Assembly: GCA_963768175.1 (NCBI GenBank)
Contig: CAVYGQ010000001.1
Span: forward strand, 840,717 to 904,716
Source of the DNA: Candidatus Doudnabacteria bacterium
GTDB taxonomy: Bacteria; Patescibacteriota; Doudnabacteria; UBA920
Direction: 5' to 3'
DNA length: 64,000 bases
In this document: piece by piece, positions 9,571-17,361 of the stretch
How the letters are laid out: each line of letters starts with the position of its first letter
Numbering within the stretch: position 1 is the first letter of the stretch
Made by a program: the position numbers and the translations under genes
Notes under the pieces: model-generated
What the model was told of the DNA's origin: nothing
Seen by the model: only the letters and a program-made list of their open reading frames with translations
Database searches by the model: none

Positions 9571-9894
9571 ATGCTTGATCAAGAGTTGAAGAGTTCTGCG
9601 ATTGCCCAAAACCCTCTCTTGGAACCGATGCTCGGGCGGAGTTCGTATACCTGCACGATTTTCGTGATTGATCTCCTTGGGGGGAAATCGGATAACTTTA
9701 GGATTTCAGACGAAGTTCTGGAGCAAATTCGAAAGAGGGTGGAGGGGGCGGAGGATGCGACCTACTACATCATCCACTTCATCCCCAGAGACTTTGAAGT
9801 TAGTAGTCTTGAGGACTTGCCTGAGTCCGAGAAAAAGAAGGTTCGCGAAGCGCTTAACCAAGCACCCTTTCCTGTTTGTATCGTTTGGGTTTAG
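9571..9894 (+). CDS. Hypothetical protein (107 aa), GC-rich islet A
   Basis: ATG at 9571 is preceded by GAAGGAGG (9557-9564). The track ORF 9493-9894 is the same frame with a longer start. No family recognised. Confidence 0.55.
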   Translation: MLDQELKSSAIAQNPLLEPMLGRSSYTCTIFVIDLLGGKSDNFRISDEVLEQIRKRVEGAEDATYYIIHFIPRDFEVSSLEDLPESEKKKVREALNQAPFPVCIVWV

Positions 9895-9967
9895 GCTAAC
9901 TATCGTGTGAGGTCGCTAGTACGAGCGAAGCTTGGGCGAGCTAGTGGGAGATTAAGAAAGGGGTAAT

Positions 9968-10552
9968 ATGAAAGCGGTACTGTTTTTGGCCATTTGTCTC
10001 ACCATCCCCGCTTCGGCCCAGGACTGGCAGACGCGGGACAGCCTGCACGTGCAGGCGGACGTCAGCAAAAATTGGTTCGTCTCCGGCTGGTCGGTGACCA
10101 ACCTGCGGACCGAAACCCCCAACAACACCAACCTGTTCGCAGGCGCAGGCTACCGCGGCAAAAACTGGTGGCTGGAGGCCATAGTACAGCACCAGTGGAA
10201 CACTAAGGCTAACCAGTGGATGCTGGACTTCCGGTTCAACAAGCAGACCGAACGGTGGCGCTTGTATGCCGAGGTCTCGCCTTTTCTGATCAAGAAGGCC
10301 TTCTACGAGTACGTTATTGTAGAACGGCGGACTTGGAAAGGCTTCTCGTTCGGCGCGGAGACCGAGAACACGCACCAGATTGGGCCGGACATGATCGCAA
10401 TAGGCCCTAGGGTTAGTCGCAAGCTCGGCCGGTTTGCTGGCTTTGATGCATCGGCCGCTATTGCGGTTCGGCTTAGCCCTGTCGGTGGGCATACTGAACC
10501 GCGGTTGTCCCTGACGTTCAACCGCCGGCTTTATTTGAGAGACCGCAAGTAG
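9968..10552 (+). CDS. Secreted beta-rich (outer-membrane beta-barrel-like) hypothetical protein, GC-rich islet A
   Basis: 194 aa. Signal peptide MKAVLFLAICLTIPASA-QD. Alternating aromatic/polar strands (WFVSGWSVTNL, WWLEAIVQHQW, WMLDFRF, RLSLTFN). SD AAAGGGG lies upstream. The overlapping minus ORF 9941-10492 is judged a high-GC artefact. Confidence 0.6.
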   Translation: MKAVLFLAICLTIPASAQDWQTRDSLHVQADVSKNWFVSGWSVTNLRTETPNNTNLFAGAGYRGKNWWLEAIVQHQWNTKANQWMLDFRFNKQTERWRLYAEVSPFLIKKAFYEYVIVERRTWKGFSFGAETENTHQIGPDMIAIGPRVSRKLGRFAGFDASAAIAVRLSPVGGHTEPRLSLTFNRRLYLRDRK

Positions 10553-10572
10553 CGCGCGGTCTCTCTTTTTTA
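10537..10572 (+). terminator. Rho-independent terminator
   Basis: GAGAGACCGC aagtagcgc GCGGTCTCTC followed by TTTTTT. Confidence 0.7.
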
Positions 10573-10622
10573 TTTGTTTTTATGCTATAATAAGCAGTAT
10601 ATTATTAAAACAAAAAATTACT

Positions 10623-11357
10623 ATGCAAGATAAGTTTGGCGGAAAAGAACCAAAGTATTACGATATTTTTACTGGTTTGTTTGTGGCAATATTGCTGATT
10701 TCAGAAATTACCTCTACAAAAATTGTGTCTTTGGGGTTTATCCAAACAGCAGGCGCCGCGGTGCTGTTCCCTATCTCTTACATTTTTAGCGATATTTTAA
10801 CCGAAGTTTACGGCTACGCCAGAGCCAGGCGCGTCATGTGGATCGGCTTTGCGTCTTTGGTATTGCTTTCAGCAATCTTAATTATTGTCCAGTATCTGCC
10901 GCCGGCGCCCTCCTGGCACAACCAGGCCGCTTACGACGTGATTTTGGGTGTTGTGCCCAGAATTTCCTTTGCCAGCGTGATAGCTTATTGGGCCGGCGGT
11001 TTTGCCAACGATTTAGTCTTGGCCAAAATGAAGCTTTTGACCAAGGGCAAATATTTGTGGACGCGCACCGTGGGCTCCACCGTGGTTGGCCAGGCCGTGG
11101 ACACTTTTTTGTTCCTTAGCATCGCGTTTTATGGTACCTTGCCCAACGCGGTTATTTTACAAATTATCTTCAGCTTTTATTTGTTTAAGTGCGGTTATGA
11201 AGTCGTAGCCACCCCGATTACTTATTTTGTGGTCAATAAATTAAAAAAGGCCGAAGGCCTGGATGTGTTTGATTACCATACCAATTTCAACCCTTTCAAG
11301 TTCAAGGTTGAAAATTCGGTAGACCAAGGGGCATCCTTGGACCCGGAACAATCTTAG
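10623..11357 (+). CDS. yhhQ: Queuosine-precursor transporter (YhhQ/VUT, DUF165 family)
   Basis: 244 aa multi-TM protein. FPISYIFSDILTEVYGYARARRVMW is the conserved family motif. Confidence 0.8.
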   Translation: MQDKFGGKEPKYYDIFTGLFVAILLISEITSTKIVSLGFIQTAGAAVLFPISYIFSDILTEVYGYARARRVMWIGFASLVLLSAILIIVQYLPPAPSWHNQAAYDVILGVVPRISFASVIAYWAGGFANDLVLAKMKLLTKGKYLWTRTVGSTVVGQAVDTFLFLSIAFYGTLPNAVILQIIFSFYLFKCGYEVVATPITYFVVNKLKKAEGLDVFDYHTNFNPFKFKVENSVDQGASLDPEQS

Positions 11358-11377
11358 ACCAAGGATGCCCCTTGGTA

Positions 11378-12154
11378 CTATTGGTGTTTCAAAAACGGTT
11401 TTAATATTGGCGCGTATAAATCTTTTTTCGGCGGAATAACCAATTTGTGATATAAATCCTTTTTGGTAAACTTAACAAATTTCGCCCCTCTTAGCACCAC
11501 CACCGGCGTTTGCTCGCCGCCTTCGCCCATTATCAGCGCTCCCAAGTCCGCCAGCGTGTCCACCAAATTGCGCTGGGTGTATTTTAATTTGCGTTTAAAA
11601 ATATCTTTTTGTCCGCGGTAATCAAACAGTGGCTTTAACCCCCAAAAGCCGATGCTTACCCCTTGCGTTCCCCATCTTAGCGGCGTGGTGCGGCTGTCCA
11701 CGGCCACGGCCGCCAGTTTTTTTGTGCCAAATTTTGTTTGGTATCTTTTGACAATTTGTTTAAGTAATAAATTAACATTCTTCGGCCAAAGAATAAAATA
11801 ACCATTGCCGTTGCTTTCATCTATGCCGGCCGAAGGTATAAGCGTGTAGTCTTTAATGGTCAAAATAATTTCCGAATCGCCAATCATGTAAGCCGGCAAG
11901 CTAAAATCGGCTTCTTTTTTTACAAGCTGGTGTTTTTGGTTGTAGCGTGCCGATTTATCCGCCGTCGCTGAAGCTTTGGCGGACAAGTCGGCCTTCTCGA
12001 TTTTCACGCATCTGCCCTGATGAATCGCCAAAATCTTGGAAGCAATCAACAAAACATCGCCTTCTTTAAGCTTAGGCAGGCGTTTGTCCAGCTCTTGCAA
12101 AATGTCGTCCTTTGGCGGCAGGAACTTGCGGGTTTTTATGGGAATGAATTGCAT
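11378..12154 (-). CDS. CofE-like gamma-glutamyl ligase family protein (F420-0:gamma-glutamyl ligase / folate-type)
   Basis: 258 aa. MQFIPIKTRKFLPPKDDIL...GDVLLIASKILAIHQGR N-terminus resembles the CofE family. Contains an in-frame palindromic insert (SAKASATADKSARY). Confidence 0.6.
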   Translation of the reverse strand: MQFIPIKTRKFLPPKDDILQELDKRLPKLKEGDVLLIASKILAIHQGRCVKIEKADLSAKASATADKSARYNQKHQLVKKEADFSLPAYMIGDSEIILTIKDYTLIPSAGIDESNGNGYFILWPKNVNLLLKQIVKRYQTKFGTKKLAAVAVDSRTTPLRWGTQGVSIGFWGLKPLFDYRGQKDIFKRKLKYTQRNLVDTLADLGALIMGEGGEQTPVVVLRGAKFVKFTKKDLYHKLVIPPKKDLYAPILKPFLKHQ

Positions 12155-12254
12155 AGAAGTAGTGTATCAAAAAAAATAACCCCTGGTAAGGAGGGTTTGA
12201 CAAGATAAAGAGAACCATATAAAATGTTAATACTTAGTATTAATTTAAGTTATT

Positions 12255-12518
12255 ATGAGAAATACTTCCTTAGTCACCATATCTTTGCCGCCGGCCATGG
12301 TCAGGGAATCCGATAGTAGGGCAAAAAGCAGGCAGATGACCCGGTCGGAACTTGTCCGTGCGGCCTTGCGCGAGTATTTGGAGCGCTACGGCGCCAAAAG
12401 AATCGCCTGGGAAGAACAGGACACCCTGAAAGCCATTCGGTCCTATGGGCGGGCAAAAAAACAGGGAAAACTAAAAATTTTAAGGTCCGGCGATTTAGCA
12501 AAATGGGCAAGAGAATAA
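12255..12518 (+). CDS. Ribbon-helix-helix (CopG-like) antitoxin
   Basis: 87 aa. TISLPPAMVRESD...RSELVRAALREYL is an RHH pattern. Sits 4 nt upstream of a RelE-like ORF. Confidence 0.7.
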   Translation: MRNTSLVTISLPPAMVRESDSRAKSRQMTRSELVRAALREYLERYGAKRIAWEEQDTLKAIRSYGRAKKQGKLKILRSGDLAKWARE

Positions 12519-12522
12519 TCAA

Positions 12523-12789
12523 ATGAAAATCGCCAAAATCAATTATACCCCCTATTTCAAAAGGGCTTATAAAAGGTTGCCTTCGGAAATTAAAACGATT
12601 TTTTCGGAAAGAGAAAAAATGTTCCGTGAAAATTGTTTTGACCCGAAGCTCAAAACGCATAAGCTTTCAGGAAGGTTGGCGGGTTGTTGGTCGTTTTCCC
12701 TTGATTATTCTTACCGGGTCCTGTTTGTGTTTGTTAGTGGTGGCGGAGCGGACTTTTTAAACGTCGGCGATCATTCTATATATCAATAA
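12523..12789 (+). CDS. RelE/ParE-superfamily type II toxin
   Basis: 88 aa. FKRAYKRLP...KLKTHKLSG.L.G.WSFSL.YSYRVLF is typical of the RelE/YafQ-like family. Confidence 0.7.
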   Translation: MKIAKINYTPYFKRAYKRLPSEIKTIFSEREKMFRENCFDPKLKTHKLSGRLAGCWSFSLDYSYRVLFVFVSGGGADFLNVGDHSIYQ

Positions 12790-12795
12790 TTTTAT

Positions 12796-12872
12796 GGGCT
12801 AGTAGCTCAGCTGGTTAGAGCACGTCTCTTATAAGGACGGGGTCGATGGTCCGAATCCATCCTAGCCCACCA
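12796..12872 (+). tRNA. tRNA-Ile (anticodon UAU), CCA encoded
   Basis: Hand-folded cloverleaf: GGGCTAG/CTAGCCC acceptor, anticodon stem CGTCT/GGACG, loop CTTATAA. T loop is TCCGAAT (C at position 55). Confidence 0.85.
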
Positions 12873-12901
12873 TTGGGACTATATTATTAAATTGTAGAAA
12901 A

Positions 12902-13132
12902 ATGGCAAATAAACCAAAGCCGCTCGCAAAATGCACTAGGTGTGGAAAAAGTACAACAGACGTGCGTTTGGTGAACCAGAGATGCCCAATTGTTTATAAA
13001 AAGGGTGGTAGATGTAAGGGTGTATATAGAAGTTTTATAATGCCTGGAGATTGGAAAAAATGCCCAGATTGTTTAGGAGAGAATAGTGAATGTGAGACTT
13101 GCCACGGGGCAGGTTGGCTTTCAACCAGATAA
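12902..13132 (+). CDS. Small Cys-rich zinc-finger protein (76 aa)
   Basis: CTRCG, CPIV..C, CPDC and CETCHGAG, the last being a DnaJ-type CxxCxGxG knuckle. Confidence 0.55.
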   Translation: MANKPKPLAKCTRCGKSTTDVRLVNQRCPIVYKKGGRCKGVYRSFIMPGDWKKCPDCLGENSECETCHGAGWLSTR

Positions 13133-13162
13133 ATAGTAGAGCATCTTGGTACGTTTAAAAAA

Positions 13163-13188
13163 ACTCCGGCAGTTGCCGGGGTTTTTTC
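13163..13188. terminator. Bidirectional terminator between the zinc-finger gene and gyrA
   Basis: AAAAAACT CCGGC agtt GCCGG GGTTTTTTC. Confidence 0.65.
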
Positions 13189-13220
13189 TTTTCACTAAGC
13201 ACTTAGCACTAATCACTAAT

Positions 13221-15686
13221 TTAAATTATCGTCGCACTCGCCACTTTATCTCCCTCATCCAGCCTCATTACCCTTACGCCTTGGGTGGCGCGGCCTAATG
13301 TGGAAACTTTGTTCAGTGGCGTGCGGATGGTTTGGCCGGATTTGGAAATTATGACCAAGTCGTGCTCTTCACTGTTGTTTAAAATATGCATGCTGACAAT
13401 TTTCCCGGTCTTGGGCGTAACTTTTACGGTTTTAATGCCGCTGCCGCCGCGCTTTTGCACTTTATAATACGACGCTTCGGTTTTTTTACCCAAACCGTTT
13501 TCCGTAACCACCAGAACTTCCAGAGTTTTTACATCCACGCTTTTGCGGATAATATCCATGCTGATAATCTTGTCGTCTTTTTTCAGGCGCATGCCGGTAA
13601 CGCCGCTGGCGTTTCGGCCCATGGCCCGGACGTCCTTCTCGCTAAAGCGGATGGCTTGGCCGTTTTCCGTGGACAGCATAATTTGGTCTTCGCCACTGGA
13701 GGTTTCCACCCACTTTAATTCATCGGCGCCTTTTAGGGAAATAGCTATCATGCCGCTGCGCCGTACTTTACTGAATTCGTCGCGGCTGGTTTTTTTAATC
13801 AGTCCGTTTTTGGTGGCCATAACCAGGAATTTGGCGTTGTCTTTTTTGGAAAAAGTAAGCACGGCTTGCGAAGTCTCGCCGCTTTGCAGCTGCAGGAAAT
13901 TCACCAAAGCCTGGCCTTTGGAAACGCGCGTGCCCTCGGGTAGCTCGTAAACTTTGGTCTGGAATACCCGTCCTTTGTTGGTGAAAAAGAGAATATCGTC
14001 GTGGGTATTGGAAGAAATAAGCTTTTCCACCACGTCTTCTTCTTTTAAGGTTTGGCCGATCACGCCTTTGCCGCCGCGGCTTTGGGTTTTGTAGGTGTCC
14101 GGCGCCAGGCGCTTGACATAGCCGGATTTGGTAATGGTAATAATTACGTTACTTTCCGGAATCAGATCTTCGGCAGAGAAGCTTCCAATGGCATTTTTTA
14201 TTACTTGCGTCCGGCGTTCGTCGCCAAAGCGAGACTTCATATCTTCCACCTCACTTCTAATAATTCCCAAAATTTTCTTCTTGGATTGCAAAATACCTTC
14301 CAATTCTTCTATTAAATTCTTTTTTTCTTTTAATTCGTCGTCAATTTTTTTACGCTCCAGGCCGGCCAAAGTTTGCAGGCGCATTTCCAAAATCGCGTCC
14401 GCCTGGATGTCCGTGAGCTTGAATTTTTTGATTAAATTGACTTTGGCTTCTTCCTTGGTGGGTGATTTTTTGATGGTGTTTATAACCTCATCAATACGGT
14501 CCAGGGCTTTTTTTAAGCCTTCCAGAATGTGGGCGCGTTCTTTGGCCTTTTTGAGTTCAAATTCCGTGCGTTTGCGCACCACAATTTCGCGGTGCTGCAA
14601 ATATTTTTCCAGGACAGTTTTTAAATTCAGGACATGGGGCTCAATGCCGTCTACCAAAGCCAGCATGTTCATGTGGAAAGATTCCTGGAGTTGGGTGTAG
14701 GAAAACAGCTGGTTTAAAATTTTGTTGGGCAACCCGTCTTTTTTTATGTCTATGACAATGCGCACGCCGTCTTTGTCGCTTTCGTCGCGTACGTCGCGGA
14801 TGCCTTCTATTTTTTTATCGCGGACCAGTTCGGCAATTTTTTCAAGTAAGGTGGCTTTGTTCACGCGGTAAGGAATCTCGTGGACCAAAATTTGGTAAGC
14901 GCCGGATTTGCTTTCTGTAATTTCCGTTTTGGCGCGCATCACAATACTGCCTTTGCCCGTGGCATAGGCGTTCTTAATGGCCGCGATGTCGTAAATTATG
15001 CCGCCGGTGGGGAAGTCCGGTCCCTTAACAAATTCCATTAGGTCTTCGGTAGTGGCTTCCGGGTCGTCAATTAGTTTAACAATGGCATCGCAAATTTCGC
15101 CTAAGTTGTGGGGCGGGATGTCTGTGGCCATGCCTACGGCAATGCCGAGCGTACCGTTAAGCAACAGATTAGGCAGTTTGCCCGGCAAGACCACTGGCTC
15201 TTTGCGTGTGGCGTCATAGTTGTCGCGCCAGTCCACGGTTTCTTTATCCAAGTCTACCAACAATTCTTCGGCCAAAGCGGACATGCGGGCTTCGGTGTAA
15301 CGCATGGCCGCGGCGCCGTCGCCGTCCATGGAGCCAAAGTTCCCCTGTCCGTCTATTAGCGGATAGCGCATGGCAAACAGCTGGGCCATATGGACCATGG
15401 AGTCGTAAACCGCAATATCGCCGTGGGGATGGTACTTGCCCAACACGTCTCCGACTACGGCCGCGGATTTGCGGAATTTGACGTTGTGGCGCAGTCCCAG
15501 TTCGTGCATCACGTATAAAATGCGCCTGTGCACGGGCTTTAAGCCGTCGCGGACATCCGGCAGGGCGCGGCTGACAATTACGCTCATGGCGTAATCCAAA
15601 TACGATTCCTGCATTTCCGTCTGGATGTCGCGCTGCTTGATTTCCCCGATGTCGGTGCTAAGTTCTGCTTTGGAATCTTTAGGCAT
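13221..15686 (-). CDS. gyrA: DNA gyrase subunit A
   Basis: [27 protein letters not shown], followed by C-terminal beta-pinwheel repeats. The ATG at 15686 (MPKDSK) is preferred over the TTG at 15701 used by the ORF track. Confidence 0.95.
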   Translation of the reverse strand: MPKDSKAELSTDIGEIKQRDIQTEMQESYLDYAMSVIVSRALPDVRDGLKPVHRRILYVMHELGLRHNVKFRKSAAVVGDVLGKYHPHGDIAVYDSMVHMAQLFAMRYPLIDGQGNFGSMDGDGAAAMRYTEARMSALAEELLVDLDKETVDWRDNYDATRKEPVVLPGKLPNLLLNGTLGIAVGMATDIPPHNLGEICDAIVKLIDDPEATTEDLMEFVKGPDFPTGGIIYDIAAIKNAYATGKGSIVMRAKTEITESKSGAYQILVHEIPYRVNKATLLEKIAELVRDKKIEGIRDVRDESDKDGVRIVIDIKKDGLPNKILNQLFSYTQLQESFHMNMLALVDGIEPHVLNLKTVLEKYLQHREIVVRKRTEFELKKAKERAHILEGLKKALDRIDEVINTIKKSPTKEEAKVNLIKKFKLTDIQADAILEMRLQTLAGLERKKIDDELKEKKNLIEELEGILQSKKKILGIIRSEVEDMKSRFGDERRTQVIKNAIGSFSAEDLIPESNVIITITKSGYVKRLAPDTYKTQSRGGKGVIGQTLKEEDVVEKLISSNTHDDILFFTNKGRVFQTKVYELPEGTRVSKGQALVNFLQLQSGETSQAVLTFSKKDNAKFLVMATKNGLIKKTSRDEFSKVRRSGMIAISLKGADELKWVETSSGEDQIMLSTENGQAIRFSEKDVRAMGRNASGVTGMRLKKDDKIISMDIIRKSVDVKTLEVLVVTENGLGKKTEASYYKVQKRGGSGIKTVKVTPKTGKIVSMHILNNSEEHDLVIISKSGQTIRTPLNKVSTLGRATQGVRVMRLDEGDKVASATII

Positions 15687-15760
15687 AAAGGTAATGAACA
15701 AAAATTAAAAAAATGACACAAATGAGCAAAAATGAACTGTGGTAATTTCCGTCATTTTTA

Positions 15761-15967
15761 TTATTTTTTATTGTAGCTCTCTTTTATATTATGAATCCCT
15801 TGGCCAATGGTTTGGAACAACGACATATTTTTGGCCACGTTCTTCTGGAACCTTGTGCTTACAACCCAAACCAAAATTAAAATTACCACAACAGTAACTG
15901 AAACAATCCACATTATCTTAATTTTCGTGTGTTGGGGCTGGTTTTGGATTTTTTGAATTATATTCAT
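15761..15967 (-). CDS. Small membrane protein (68 aa), hypothetical
   Basis: ORF with one hydrophobic helix (IMWIVSVTVVVILILVWVV). Confidence 0.4.
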   Translation of the reverse strand: MNIIQKIQNQPQHTKIKIMWIVSVTVVVILILVWVVSTRFQKNVAKNMSLFQTIGQGIHNIKESYNKK

Positions 15968-16056
15968 AATTTTCTACTAAATACTAAAATGGGCTAAATA
16001 CGAAACTTTGGATATCCGTTGTTTAGTATTTTGCTCCTTTTCGTATTTAGTAGAGG

Positions 16057-16683
16057 TTATCTTAATGGTTCCAAAACAACCACTTTTGTCCCCTCTTCCG
16101 GCAAATCTTTTTTCTTGAGCGTCAGTTTGTCCATTTCTTCCTTTTTCCCGCCCATTTCTTTGATAAACTTGTCCAAAGACTCCAAATCCAAAATTAACTC
16201 TTTGGTTTTATAATGGCTGGGGATGACAATTTTCGGCTCAACTTCGTTAATGACTTTGCCGGCGGCTGATGCCGAAAGCACCGTGTTGCCGCCGACGGGC
16301 AGAATTAAAATATCTATATCGCCCAGCTCTTCCAGCTCGTTTTCCGTTAAATTAAATTCTTTAATGTGGGTAAGGTTCAGTATACGGATGTCCTCGCTCT
16401 CAATTAAAAAGATCGTAATGTATTTGTTTTCCTGCTTTAAGGGTATCCCGGTGACCGTTACGCCTTTTATGTCGTATTCGCCGGGATCGGTAATGTCAAA
16501 ATGCCCGCCGGAAATGCCGGAGACAGCCGAGTAAAGTTTGCTGTTTTTTTGGGCCAAAATTAAAATATCAGCCGCTCCCCTTGGCGGAGTCAGGCCGGAG
16601 TCTTTATTAAACGGGTCGGTTATAATGGTGGCTAATTTGGTGCTGATTTTAAACGAAGATAAACCAAAATACTGGATTTGCAT
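16057..16683 (-). CDS. MBL-fold metal-dependent hydrolase (UPF0173-like)
   Basis: From the internal ATG at 16683: MQIQYFGLSSFKISTKLATIITDPF...ADILILAQ...ILPVGG. The N-terminal extension in the track ORF looks non-coding. Confidence 0.7.
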   Translation of the reverse strand: MQIQYFGLSSFKISTKLATIITDPFNKDSGLTPPRGAADILILAQKNSKLYSAVSGISGGHFDITDPGEYDIKGVTVTGIPLKQENKYITIFLIESEDIRILNLTHIKEFNLTENELEELGDIDILILPVGGNTVLSASAAGKVINEVEPKIVIPSHYKTKELILDLESLDKFIKEMGGKKEEMDKLTLKKKDLPEEGTKVVVLEPLR

Positions 16684-16802
16684 ATAATGAATTGTATCAT
16701 TTTTTAGGCAAAAAGAAAAGGGCAAAATAAGGCAAAAACAGTCTTGACTTTTAAGAAAATTTGCCATATTCTTAACTGTTGGAGAATTGTTGAGGAGGCA
16801 CT

Positions 16803-17084
16803 ATGTACCTTGAAGTAGGGTTATTTGGCTTCGTTATCATAAAGGAGGGACCCTCTTCTTTTGCAGATATCGAAGTCGAGCTCGTGAGGCAAGAGCTGGT
16901 TGGTCGGGGGGTGATTTTTGACCTCACCGGCCAGCAGGCCGACCCGAGCGAGGTCAAGAAGATTGCCATGGCGCTGCGCGTGCCGTGGATTGTCGTCGGG
17001 AGTGGTGCCGACGGCCTGGAAGGCCACACTGCCCAGACCGTTGAGCAGGCGGAGGACCAGCTCATGAGAGGGTATGGGAGCTGA
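16803..17084 (+). CDS. Hypothetical protein (93 aa), GC-rich islet B
   Basis: ATG preceded by GAGGAGG. A GC-rich hairpin GGGGTTGG..CCAACCCC follows the stop. The antisense ORF 16772-17125 is judged less likely. Confidence 0.5.
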   Translation: MYLEVGLFGFVIIKEGPSSFADIEVELVRQELVGRGVIFDLTGQQADPSEVKKIAMALRVPWIVVGSGADGLEGHTAQTVEQAEDQLMRGYGS

Positions 17085-17129
17085 GACTTTCTCGACGGGG
17101 GTTGGTTGTGCTGTGCGCCGGCCAACCCC

Positions 17130-17157
17130 TTGATTTATATCTTAAAACTGCTATAAT
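17130..17157 (+). promoter_or_regulatory. Sigma70-like promoter upstream of rpsA
   Basis: TTGATT, 16-nt spacer, then TGC-TATAAT (extended -10). Confidence 0.45.
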
Positions 17158-17361
17158 CTTAATACTTATTTGGCGCAAAGCGCTACATTAAATAAAATCA
17201 TTGACCCCCAAATAAGTTTTATTTAAGCGCTTTTTAACAATTAACCAAATGCAATAAGGTTTGTAATTGGACAACGATTAGCCGTTGTTTTATTTTTGCT
17301 CCGACGGCAATTTTGTTTAATGTTACTTAATTTTATCTAATTTTGGTCAATTATAATTATT

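Noticed and set aside
9941-10492. 183-aa minus-strand ORF and several other ORFs overlapping islet A (9994-10206, 10216-10410, 10303-10521)
   Set aside because: High-GC DNA generates long spurious ORFs. The + strand frame has an SD, a signal peptide and a terminator, and the others have none of these.
10553-10622. Possible preQ1 riboswitch upstream of the YhhQ-type queuosine-precursor transporter
   Set aside because: Only about 70 nt are available and they are explained by the islet A terminator plus a TGCTATAAT extended -10. The A-rich tail lacks the preQ1-I hairpin/ACCC/CUA arrangement.
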